A DNA stretch of 64,000 nucleotides from a virus, in IMG/VR virus record IMGVR_UViG_3300028412_000004, positions 32,001 through 96,000 of that record, one strand, 5' to 3'. Positions 28,307 to 36,386 of the stretch are shown here, one piece after another (positions within the stretch are counted from its first letter, which is position 1; each line of letters starts with the position of its first letter). The notes beneath the pieces were generated by a model that was not told where the DNA came from, did no database searches, and saw nothing but the letters and a program-made list of their open reading frames with translations. Both the position numbers and the translations under genes were made by a program.

Positions 28307-29815
28307 ATGATTAAAGTACACTATCAGGATGATCAGGACGAGCTGCGCCAAGCTTGTGGCGGCGTCATGACGTCCCTAATCGAAACAGACACCGGTATAA
28401 AGTCCGCAGCCTCAGATCTAATCGACGCAGGCACCCTGGAACGCTATCGCCCGGACAAGGACCACTTCATGATACACTGTATCGCTATGGGTGATCAAGA
28501 AACTTACGGGCCTAATAAAAATGGCGATGGGTGGCCTAAGGAAGCTCTCGAGCGGAGACATCAAACTTTCGTCGAGTGTGGTCACATGTTTGAGGAACAC
28601 CGCAACCGGGATCCTAAGAAGAAGATAGGCGATATCAAATACGCGGCCTACGACCCCAACGGCATGCGCCGTGTCGAACTTATTATGCATGGGCATAAGA
28701 AGAAAGCTTCTGAGTATTACGAGAAGGCTCGCAGCGGGGAAGAGTTATCTTTTTCTATGTCTGCGCGAGTTCCAGAGGACATTTGCTCATGCTGTGATAA
28801 TCACGCCAAATCTCCGGCGAGTTACTGCGATCACTTAAAGTATGCCATGCTGCAATACAAGCCGGAGTTCAAGAAGTATGCTTTCGCTATAAACCCAGAC
28901 CCGACTTTCTTCGACAACTCTGTAGTTGGACGTCCTGCGGATCGTATCGCTCGCTACCTGGAATACAAATTTAACGATGTTGATATGCGCAAAGCGGCCT
29001 CTGACGGAGGTCAGGTTATCACTGGTACAGACTGGGCGGAGTTCGAAGGCGTGGCAATTCCAGACGGTTATGCTATTGGAGGTCCTAAGGGAGATCTACT
29101 GCGTAAGATGGCCGCCCTGGAAGCAGAGGTCGCACAACTCTCACAAGAGGATACGAAGCACAACCATAAGGCTGCTTTCGCATTCAACTGCGCACCTCTT
29201 GCCATGGCTGAAAACGTTACAGCCAAGGAGCTGGATGCTATGAAGGATGTTCGTCCAGGCACGCTATTCAGAGAAATGGCTAAGGCCGGCTGTGTGCTTC
29301 CGTTTCCTGCATTCGCCGCGTACTTATCCAACAGTGATGCTAAATCAGCCTCAGAAGATGCTGTCACTAAAAGAGCCGCGCAACTTATGCCCGGTATCTT
29401 TTCTAAGTTGTCGGAGTGCGGATGCTCCGGGGATATGATGAACATGTTTGATGCTGACTCTGAATTCAGTTCCAGTTGCGACCCTGCACGCAGTGATCTT
29501 ATAAATGAAATGATGTCTAAAGCAGACGAGCGTTTCGCAGTAGATCCGGAAGGGGTTAAGAACCGCGTGACAGTCATTATAATTAAACAAGGTAGCAACC
29601 TTAACATCGACCAGTATCGTGCAGACTGTGTTGCTGCTGGTAAGGAACTTGTTAAGAACGCTTCTTTCGATGCGCGGGCTTCTGTGCTTGCAGAAGCCTA
29701 CGCGCAGTATCAACTTTCAGCAATTACAGATATCGAAAATATAAAAGGCGCGTCTATAGATGAAGCTCAAAGGCTAGTATTTATCGGACATAACGCTCAC
29801 TGTATTTTCGGTTGA
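28307..29815 (+). CDS. prohead maturation protease with Cys/His cluster
   Basis: NKNGDGWP, EEHRN, SFSMS then CSCC..YCDH; sits upstream of scaffold and capsid genes; SD AAAGGAG. Confidence 0.75.
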   Translation: MIKVHYQDDQDELRQACGGVMTSLIETDTGIKSAASDLIDAGTLERYRPDKDHFMIHCIAMGDQETYGPNKNGDGWPKEALERRHQTFVECGHMFEEHRNRDPKKKIGDIKYAAYDPNGMRRVELIMHGHKKKASEYYEKARSGEELSFSMSARVPEDICSCCDNHAKSPASYCDHLKYAMLQYKPEFKKYAFAINPDPTFFDNSVVGRPADRIARYLEYKFNDVDMRKAASDGGQVITGTDWAEFEGVAIPDGYAIGGPKGDLLRKMAALEAEVAQLSQEDTKHNHKAAFAFNCAPLAMAENVTAKELDAMKDVRPGTLFREMAKAGCVLPFPAFAAYLSNSDAKSASEDAVTKRAAQLMPGIFSKLSECGCSGDMMNMFDADSEFSSSCDPARSDLINEMMSKADERFAVDPEGVKNRVTVIIIKQGSNLNIDQYRADCVAAGKELVKNASFDARASVLAEAYAQYQLSAITDIENIKGASIDEAQRLVFIGHNAHCIFG

Positions 29816-29862
29816 CAGTTTTTATAATCACCAGCAAAGTTAATCCACAACCAATAAACACC

Positions 29863-30984
29863 ATGCCAAGAAAATACGAAGACATCACAAAGAGAGTAGC
29901 CGACATTCAGACTAAACGAGCTTCGGCTGCTAAGTCTGCTTCGGAGACTCCTGACGCAACCGACCCTACTGAAAAAGGAACGGTTACTCCTCCTAACCAC
30001 CCTGATGGTGACAGCGCTGCGAAGAAGAATCTTCCAGAAGGCACTGCCAACACTAAGGGCGATACCGCGCTTCCCGCAGGCACGACCACCAACCCATCTG
30101 GACACGGTGAGAATGTGCCGGGAGATGTTTGCAGTGGGGATGCTAAGGACGTGCAGGCTACTAAGCCCAACGACCCAATTTCAAAAATCGCCGGTATTCT
30201 AGGACGCATTAATAAGCTCCGTGATACTGATGCCGATGCTAAGCAAGCTGGCGCACCTGCTTCCAAGACAGAACGTGAGTCTGAGGGTTCGCAACTCTCT
30301 TACGAGGTTCGCGTCAAGCTCGCCAATGAGATCTGCGCTTCTGAGGATGGCATGCTATTAGCAGAGCAAATTCTTAAACAAGCGTCCGGACGGGATGCCG
30401 CTCTTGAACTGATTAAGTCAGCGCACGAAGAATACGGTGCGCATCTGCAGCACATCCACCAAGAGGACGAGCAACAAAAGCAGGCGTCGCAAGAAATGGA
30501 AGCCTTGAATGGTTACTACGACGAGCTGACCAAGAATGCTTCTGAGGAGGATATGCAGAAGATCGCCAAGTTTCAGAAAGTTCACTCTGCTGTAATTGAC
30601 TCGCTCGAATACGACTTCGAGAAACAAGCTTACTTCAAATCCGCCATGGATGCCGCAGCCATGGAAGACGCTATGGTCGCAGGTGCTGCTCCTGAAGAAG
30701 CAATGATTCCTGAAGGTGGCGAAGAGCCCCTTTCTCCGGAAGCCATCATTGAACTTCTGGAAGCGCTTGTAGCATCTGGGCAGATGGATGAGGCGACTGC
30801 AGCCGCAGTAGCAGCTGAGATTCTCGGAGGTGGTGAAATGCTGCCTCCTGAAGCAGGTATGGAAGCAATGCCTCCTGAAGCAGGTATGGAAGCAATGCCT
30901 CCTGAAGCAGGTATGGAAGCAATGCCTGAGGAAGTTAAGGCTGCCAACGTAATCCTCGCAGAGCTAGAAGCGGAGAGTAAGTAA
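29863..30984 (+). CDS. probable scaffolding protein
   Basis: Acidic, helical, between protease and capsid; about nine K-x-A sites; start moved to ATG 29863. Confidence 0.6.
   Translation: MPRKYEDITKRVADIQTKRASAAKSASETPDATDPTEKGTVTPPNHPDGDSAAKKNLPEGTANTKGDTALPAGTTTNPSGHGENVPGDVCSGDAKDVQATKPNDPISKIAGILGRINKLRDTDADAKQAGAPASKTERESEGSQLSYEVRVKLANEICASEDGMLLAEQILKQASGRDAALELIKSAHEEYGAHLQHIHQEDEQQKQASQEMEALNGYYDELTKNASEEDMQKIAKFQKVHSAVIDSLEYDFEKQAYFKSAMDAAAMEDAMVAGAAPEEAMIPEGGEEPLSPEAIIELLEALVASGQMDEATAAAVAAEILGGGEMLPPEAGMEAMPPEAGMEAMPPEAGMEAMPEEVKAANVILAELEAESK
30844..30924 (+). repeat. three 27-nt units coding PPEAGMEAM
   Basis: Exact tandem copies. Confidence 0.95.
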
Positions 30985-31019
30985 GCTCCGCTGCATCATC
31001 CCCGCACCGATTTATAATC

Positions 31020-31475
31020 ATGGCCAAAAAAGATACATACAAGAAAGCTGAAGTAGATCCTATTTTACAGGAAACTATGGAAGCGACGCAAGTACTCCTG
31101 GAGGACAACCAAAAGCAAGCGCAAGAGATTGAAGCCCACAAGGCTAGAATCTTAGAGCTTGAAAAGGCTTCCAATGTCTCGGAGGAAAGTAAGATCAACT
31201 TGGAAAAGGTAGCAGGCACAGACGGTCCAAAACTGGACATGAGCCTGGTCAACAACCTTGTGGATCAATTGGCCGACCTGGGCTTCGTTGAGACGAGCAA
31301 AAGTGCTCGCGAGGAGCTTATAAATCACATCAAGGAAGACCCTTCAACTCACGCGCTGAAGCTCGCTTCACGCGTTATAAAACTTTCTTCTCCAGCCCCG
31401 GACTCGGGGTTTGGCGTTGAGAAATCGGCATCGGCGCCCGAAACGGAAAATTCAGACTGGCAAGAATGGATCTAA
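31020..31475 (+). CDS. scaffold-like coiled-coil protein
   Basis: Coiled-coil N-terminus; KVAG and KSAS; position before the decoration and capsid genes. Confidence 0.55.
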   Translation: MAKKDTYKKAEVDPILQETMEATQVLLEDNQKQAQEIEAHKARILELEKASNVSEESKINLEKVAGTDGPKLDMSLVNNLVDQLADLGFVETSKSAREELINHIKEDPSTHALKLASRVIKLSSPAPDSGFGVEKSASAPETENSDWQEWI

Positions 31476-31522
31476 GTTACGCAACCGGTGATTTACACTA
31501 ACAAAACAACACAGGACTAGTT

Positions 31523-32080
31523 ATGCCAACATACGGTACAATACAGAGGGTAAACCCCTCGAAACCACGGCTGGAAGTTCTCAGAGGGTTTAATCCCAAT
31601 GAGCCTTTTCAGCAGTCGGCTACGCACCCTGTCCAAGATGATGTTAACATCGCGAGCGGACAACTCATCGTGTTAGTCGGGGAAGAACTTTCCCCTACTG
31701 GATACGAATGGATTGTTTGCCCGACTGATTACTCTGGAGGCGCGGTATACGTGGCTCAAAAGGATTCAGAAGATGAAGACATTTTATCTGCTGGCAATAT
31801 GTCCGGGCTCTCATGCGCCGGCCAATACGAATTAGAAATGGCTTTCTTTGATGGAGCTGCAACTGACTACACAGAAAGCGTCTACCTGACGCCTTCCGAC
31901 ACAGTTGCAGGTAACGTTATGCCTATAGCAGCAGCAGCAACCACCAATTTCCCGGCGGCTGCAGAAACTGTAATCGGTCAGATCACCCGCAAGGCTGGCA
32001 GCACCGATGGTATCAACTCCAACGTAGCCCCTACGGACGTCATCACGTGGCGTACAGTGTTCATCCCTCGCACAGCGTAA
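31523..32080 (+). CDS. probable capsid decoration/cement protein
   Basis: beta-rich 185 aa protein directly upstream of the major capsid gene. Confidence 0.55.
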   Translation: MPTYGTIQRVNPSKPRLEVLRGFNPNEPFQQSATHPVQDDVNIASGQLIVLVGEELSPTGYEWIVCPTDYSGGAVYVAQKDSEDEDILSAGNMSGLSCAGQYELEMAFFDGAATDYTESVYLTPSDTVAGNVMPIAAAATTNFPAAAETVIGQITRKAGSTDGINSNVAPTDVITWRTVFIPRTA

Positions 32081-32109
32081 GCTAGTGCTACAACACAAGG
32101 AATAACATT

Positions 32110-33057
32110 ATGTCACAAGAAGAACCACAAATCGAAAACGTGGAAGTACTGAATCGCGAACTTCTAGACTCCATCCGGCAAGCTCCGGACGGCGTCCTTA
32201 CGAAGCAAGCCTCGGCAGCAACGAATATGATCCGCCGCAAAATCCGTGAGAACGGGTTCAGCCGGGTTATTATTCCGCACAAAACCGTGTCCGATGACGA
32301 CCTCTCGTATCTCCCGAATACCGAGCTCCCTGTAGTAGTTGAAGAAATGGAACCAGAATCTACTGGTGCAAAATCCATCTCCTTCAACGACTCCGCGGAT
32401 ACTCGTTTCTACCGTAGTGATAAGTTCGTCGTTATCTTTAACAAGATCACGACAGACGAATACACCAAGAATGTTGATGAGCTGCGTTCCTACAAGGGCG
32501 ATCTCCGAGGCGTTGTCACCGACAATGCCCTTAAGGAAATCCAAACCGAAGAGGACCGCGCATTCATCAGCACCGTCGATCGTCTCGTCGGTACTATTGA
32601 CACTGCTGATGGCGCCACTGGCGGTATTCAACACCATGGTATCGCAGGCGGTATTACCCGGTCATCCTACGTTGATTCGATCTCCTTCTTAGAGGACCGC
32701 GATCTCATCAACGGTATTTTCCTCATGAACCGTAAGACCGCGAAAGCGTTCCTTAAGTTCAAGCGGGACGAAATCGGGGGTGACCTGTCTCAGTCATTGT
32801 TCACTGATGGTCTAAGCTCTCTCTCCGAGGGTAAGGTCATGAGTGTGCGTCACATCTTCACCATCAAGGGTGATTTAGTTCCAAACGATGTTGTTTACCA
32901 ATTCGCGGAACCAAACTACCTTGGACGTGCTTACATTCTTCAGAATGTAACCATGTATGTAGAGAAGAAGAAGGACATCCTTCGATTCTCCGCCATGGAA
33001 AAGATCGGCGTAACCATTGCCAACGTGGCAGCGGTTAACAAGGTCGACTTCAGCTAA
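32110..33057 (+). CDS. major capsid protein (HK97 fold)
   Basis: 315 aa; backbone-helix-like ALKEIQTEEDRAFI; followed by a strong terminator; KQAS near the N-terminus. Confidence 0.8.
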   Translation: MSQEEPQIENVEVLNRELLDSIRQAPDGVLTKQASAATNMIRRKIRENGFSRVIIPHKTVSDDDLSYLPNTELPVVVEEMEPESTGAKSISFNDSADTRFYRSDKFVVIFNKITTDEYTKNVDELRSYKGDLRGVVTDNALKEIQTEEDRAFISTVDRLVGTIDTADGATGGIQHHGIAGGITRSSYVDSISFLEDRDLINGIFLMNRKTAKAFLKFKRDEIGGDLSQSLFTDGLSSLSEGKVMSVRHIFTIKGDLVPNDVVYQFAEPNYLGRAYILQNVTMYVEKKKDILRFSAMEKIGVTIANVAAVNKVDFS

Positions 33058-33080
33058 GCGATAGTCTAAAACCACATTCC

Positions 33081-33118
33081 AAAGGCCGCTCCTTCACCGG
33101 GGCGGCCTTTTCATTTTC
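33081..33118 (+). terminator. rho-independent terminator after the capsid gene
   Basis: AAAGGCCGCTCC / GGGGCGGCCTTT stem followed by a T-rich tail. Confidence 0.85.
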
Positions 33119-33122
33119 ACAC

Positions 33123-33158
33123 TTGCTCTAGCGGCTATGTGAGTCGTATTATCTCCCT
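33123..33158 (+). promoter_or_regulatory. TTGCTC..TATTAT promoter, predicted leaderless
   Basis: 18-nt spacer; hexamer ends 6 nt before ATG 33159. Confidence 0.55.
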
Positions 33159-34169
33159 ATGATTACACAGGATGGAAACTTTATCACAGGGTTCGTCAAA
33201 CAATGCTTTGATGCAGGTCTCTCGGAAGACGAGACCACTCTTCTTTACGATGCTGCCGTGTGGCGTGAAGACTTGAAGGATCCTGACTTCAACAAAGGCT
33301 TCAAACAAGCCAGCGAGGACGGCGGGTTGAATCCATTCTCCGTCATGAGCCCTACAGCCAAAGGTGTAGGCGGTGCAGGCGCGGGTGCGGCAATAGGCAC
33401 TGGTATAGGCGGTTTAATCGCCCTTAGTAAAGGTAAATTAGGATTAGGCAAGCGTCTGCTAGGGTTCGGTGCTTCTGCCGGCGCGGCTGGTGGTGTTACG
33501 GGCGGAATTGTAGGCTCCACCTTGGGAAAAGGCGGGAAGAAACCCGAAGAATGGGTACCAGACTACCTCGTTCCCGGCATGTCGGACGTTAAGTCGCATA
33601 CCGGCGGCGGAGGCAACGTCTTTGATAGTATGTCTGGTTACGCCGATATAGGCGGAGCTGCAACGGCAGCTGCAACGACATCTGGTAACGCCGTACAACC
33701 TGTATTGTATGGACGCCAACTTACGCAAGAGCTGAGTTCTCTCGAGAAACAAATGGCTTCCTTAGAGGCTGGTATGTCCTCCGGGGAAGGTTTGTCGGGC
33801 GCTTTATCTAACCGCCGCATCCAGTCACAGCTGGACGCTTTAGAGAATAGACGATCCAAGCTTATGCGTGGAATAGGTGACACTTACAATGGAGTCCGCC
33901 AAGACCAAGCCAGATCCGCCAAGACGATAGCCGCAAGACTGGCCGCGGTAGAGGGAGAGATCGAAAGTAGGTCTGGTCGCGCTGGAGATATTGCAGCCTG
34001 GCTGGAAGCAACACGTAGTGGTACTCCAGGAGACCTCCCAGGACGTCTCTGGAACAAGGTGGTCGGAGCTGAACAGACTGCTTCTAATCTCAGTTACGAA
34101 ATGCAGCGGCTTCAGGAGGAACGTAAAAGACTTCTCGCCCTTCAAAGTCGTGTAGGTGGTATGCTCTAA
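33159..34169 (+). CDS. Gly-zipper plus coiled-coil putative internal virion protein
   Basis: KQAS followed by GAGAGAAIGTGIGG and GASAGAAGGVTGG helices. Confidence 0.65.
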   Translation: MITQDGNFITGFVKQCFDAGLSEDETTLLYDAAVWREDLKDPDFNKGFKQASEDGGLNPFSVMSPTAKGVGGAGAGAAIGTGIGGLIALSKGKLGLGKRLLGFGASAGAAGGVTGGIVGSTLGKGGKKPEEWVPDYLVPGMSDVKSHTGGGGNVFDSMSGYADIGGAATAAATTSGNAVQPVLYGRQLTQELSSLEKQMASLEAGMSSGEGLSGALSNRRIQSQLDALENRRSKLMRGIGDTYNGVRQDQARSAKTIAARLAAVEGEIESRSGRAGDIAAWLEATRSGTPGDLPGRLWNKVVGAEQTASNLSYEMQRLQEERKRLLALQSRVGGML

Positions 34170-34170
34170 T

Positions 34171-34875
34171 ATGTCATTTAAACAAGGCACATTCACTATA
34201 CCGCCCAACGCGGTGAATCCAGTAACAGTCCCGTTCAACTATAATTTCGGGACAGCTCCTGAGCTTGTACTGGTTTCGATAACTTCAACACTGGCAAACC
34301 CTGCTGCTATTACCGCGGTGGTAGGGACCATCGTTGCAACGGACTTCGAGGTAACTCTGTCCACACCGCCTGTGGTTACTGGTTACAGCATCAACTGGAT
34401 TGCAGGGTCTCAGGCTGAGGTGGTGAACGCGTTAAGCGTATCTCGAAAACCAGTCAAGCTCACATATCTCACCGTAGAAGAAATGCGCATGTTTCTACTG
34501 GATAACAGCGCAGAGGACAACTCCCTGGACATGGACCTGTCTTTCTCGGACGACGAGATTGCTTACTCCATGAGGCGCGCGGCCCGCGAGTATAACTCAA
34601 CTCCACCGTTCGTTGGACGTGTAGATCCTAACAGCCTGCCGATTGATACAAACCTTTTCCTACACGCGACAGCAGAGCAGCTTTACATTTCTGAACTGGC
34701 TCGATCGAAGCGTAACGACATGGACTACACCGCCGGCGGTGTAACTGTTAACATAGAGGCGAAACGCATCAAGCACTTTGAAGGTCTTGTCGCATACCAC
34801 CGGGAACAGTGGAAGGATACTGCCACCAAGATCAAGGTCTCAGCCAATCTGGCAAAAGCGTATCGTAAATTTTAG
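34171..34875 (+). CDS. probable head-tail adaptor (neck) protein
   Basis: Position after the capsid block; FSDDEIAYSM..YN and C-terminal helix typical of adaptors; start moved to ATG 34171. Confidence 0.55.
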   Translation: MSFKQGTFTIPPNAVNPVTVPFNYNFGTAPELVLVSITSTLANPAAITAVVGTIVATDFEVTLSTPPVVTGYSINWIAGSQAEVVNALSVSRKPVKLTYLTVEEMRMFLLDNSAEDNSLDMDLSFSDDEIAYSMRRAAREYNSTPPFVGRVDPNSLPIDTNLFLHATAEQLYISELARSKRNDMDYTAGGVTVNIEAKRIKHFEGLVAYHREQWKDTATKIKVSANLAKAYRKF

Positions 34876-35706
34876 ATGAGTGTGTTCCGCAACATTACTG
34901 TACAGCCCTCCTATGGTAAACGAGCTGTGCTGCTTACTTGGGACGTTGCGCCAGATTACCAGACCGGCGACTTCTTCATATTCAAATCCCCGGACGGTTC
35001 CGGCGGGTGGGAACTTGTAAACTCGACGCCTGTAAGTGGAACTTCCTACGAGGTCGCAGACTTCGTAATACAGAACTTAAGCACCATCCCACACTTCCGA
35101 ATTCTTTTAGAGTTTGAAGGGAATAGCTACGACAGTCCCACCGTCGGCATCTTCGACGATATGACAAGGCGGGAGTATGCTGCTATGACGCAGATCATGC
35201 GTAGGGAATACCTTGGCGTGAGCCGGGGAAATGGTATGCGTGTTCTTCACTACACTCCCAAAACTAAAGGAGAGCTTTGCGATAGTTCGGATCCCGACAC
35301 AGGTCAAATCGTAGGTACCGACTGTCCGCCAGTTGATCCGGAAGAAGAATGCTTTGGCCAGAGGTATAAGGGAGGCTTCCGCACGCCGTATTACACTTGG
35401 TGTCGCTTGGACGAGACAGGCCCTACCATAACAATGGATTACAAGGAGGGCCTGGGTGCCGTCGACGAATTCATGTCTCGGGCAAGATTTCTAGCGTTCC
35501 CACACCCTCGTAAAAACGACCTTATTGTAAACCCGCGTACGGATGATCGCTACGCGGTCTCACCAATCGTAAAGCCCTATAAATTCAGAGGCTTGTTCCC
35601 TATTGCTTACGACGTGCAGTTAGAATTACTTCCTCGCAGCGATGTCCGCTACAGGGTCCCTATCCCGGACCCACTACCTGAATTAACGCCGACCGTATAC
35701 CTATGA
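34876..35706 (+). CDS. probable head-closure (neck) protein
   Basis: Position; Cys cluster followed by C-terminal beta-barrel-like FLAFP..NDLIV. Confidence 0.5.
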   Translation: MSVFRNITVQPSYGKRAVLLTWDVAPDYQTGDFFIFKSPDGSGGWELVNSTPVSGTSYEVADFVIQNLSTIPHFRILLEFEGNSYDSPTVGIFDDMTRREYAAMTQIMRREYLGVSRGNGMRVLHYTPKTKGELCDSSDPDTGQIVGTDCPPVDPEEECFGQRYKGGFRTPYYTWCRLDETGPTITMDYKEGLGAVDEFMSRARFLAFPHPRKNDLIVNPRTDDRYAVSPIVKPYKFRGLFPIAYDVQLELLPRSDVRYRVPIPDPLPELTPTVYL

Positions 35707-36344
35707 GTGCTAGATTATCAGCTAAAGAATTTTTCGGAAACTGTGTCGATAAACCTTTGGATATGGTGATGCTTCGTCGTGTATTCCTTTTACACATGCG
35801 TATCCATTGGAGCGCTGGTGAAAACCACTACCAGGATGATGCTGATTTTTCTTGCTTAGAATATTCCGACGACGCAACGAAGTCTAAGTTGGCTGTGGAA
35901 CTCACCGACATTCTAAACGAGGATGACACCGACAACTTCCCAGGAGTATTCGTCGGATTCAAAGGTGGCTACAAACTGCGTAAGAACATGCTCGACTACT
36001 CATCTAATTTGTCTGAGGATAATTCCAAGACTTCTAAGAATGTTCAGTGGCGGGGAACATTGGCTATATCACACATACACAAATCCTCCGACACAGCCCT
36101 CGCGATGGCTGATTCTAGTTTCGTGTTTCTTATGGCTGTGCGCGAGACGTTGATGGATCACTTCCCTATTGGTGTAATGGATTTCGAGGGTGTAACAGAC
36201 CCGCAAAAATTGGATCCTAAGAAATCCAACAGCTTTTTCAAGGTTGACCTGTTGGTGAGCGTAGAGTTTACTGCAACCGTAAATATCAGCCTCGAAGGAC
36301 ACAGACTTAAAACCTATGGTATAGAGTTATCGCCAACCTCCTAA
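35703..36344 (+). CDS. probable tail completion/terminator protein
   Basis: Directly upstream of the sheath; alpha/beta pattern of tail terminators. Confidence 0.5.
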   Translation: MSARLSAKEFFGNCVDKPLDMVMLRRVFLLHMRIHWSAGENHYQDDADFSCLEYSDDATKSKLAVELTDILNEDDTDNFPGVFVGFKGGYKLRKNMLDYSSNLSEDNSKTSKNVQWRGTLAISHIHKSSDTALAMADSSFVFLMAVRETLMDHFPIGVMDFEGVTDPQKLDPKKSNSFFKVDLLVSVEFTATVNISLEGHRLKTYGIELSPTS

Positions 36345-36351
36345 TCTTCAC

Positions 36352-36386
36352 TTGACCAAACCAAACACCACATACATCCTAATATT
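36352..36386 (+). promoter_or_regulatory. TTGACC..CATCCT promoter, predicted leaderless
   Basis: 17-nt spacer; hexamer ends 6 nt before ATG 36387. Confidence 0.5.
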
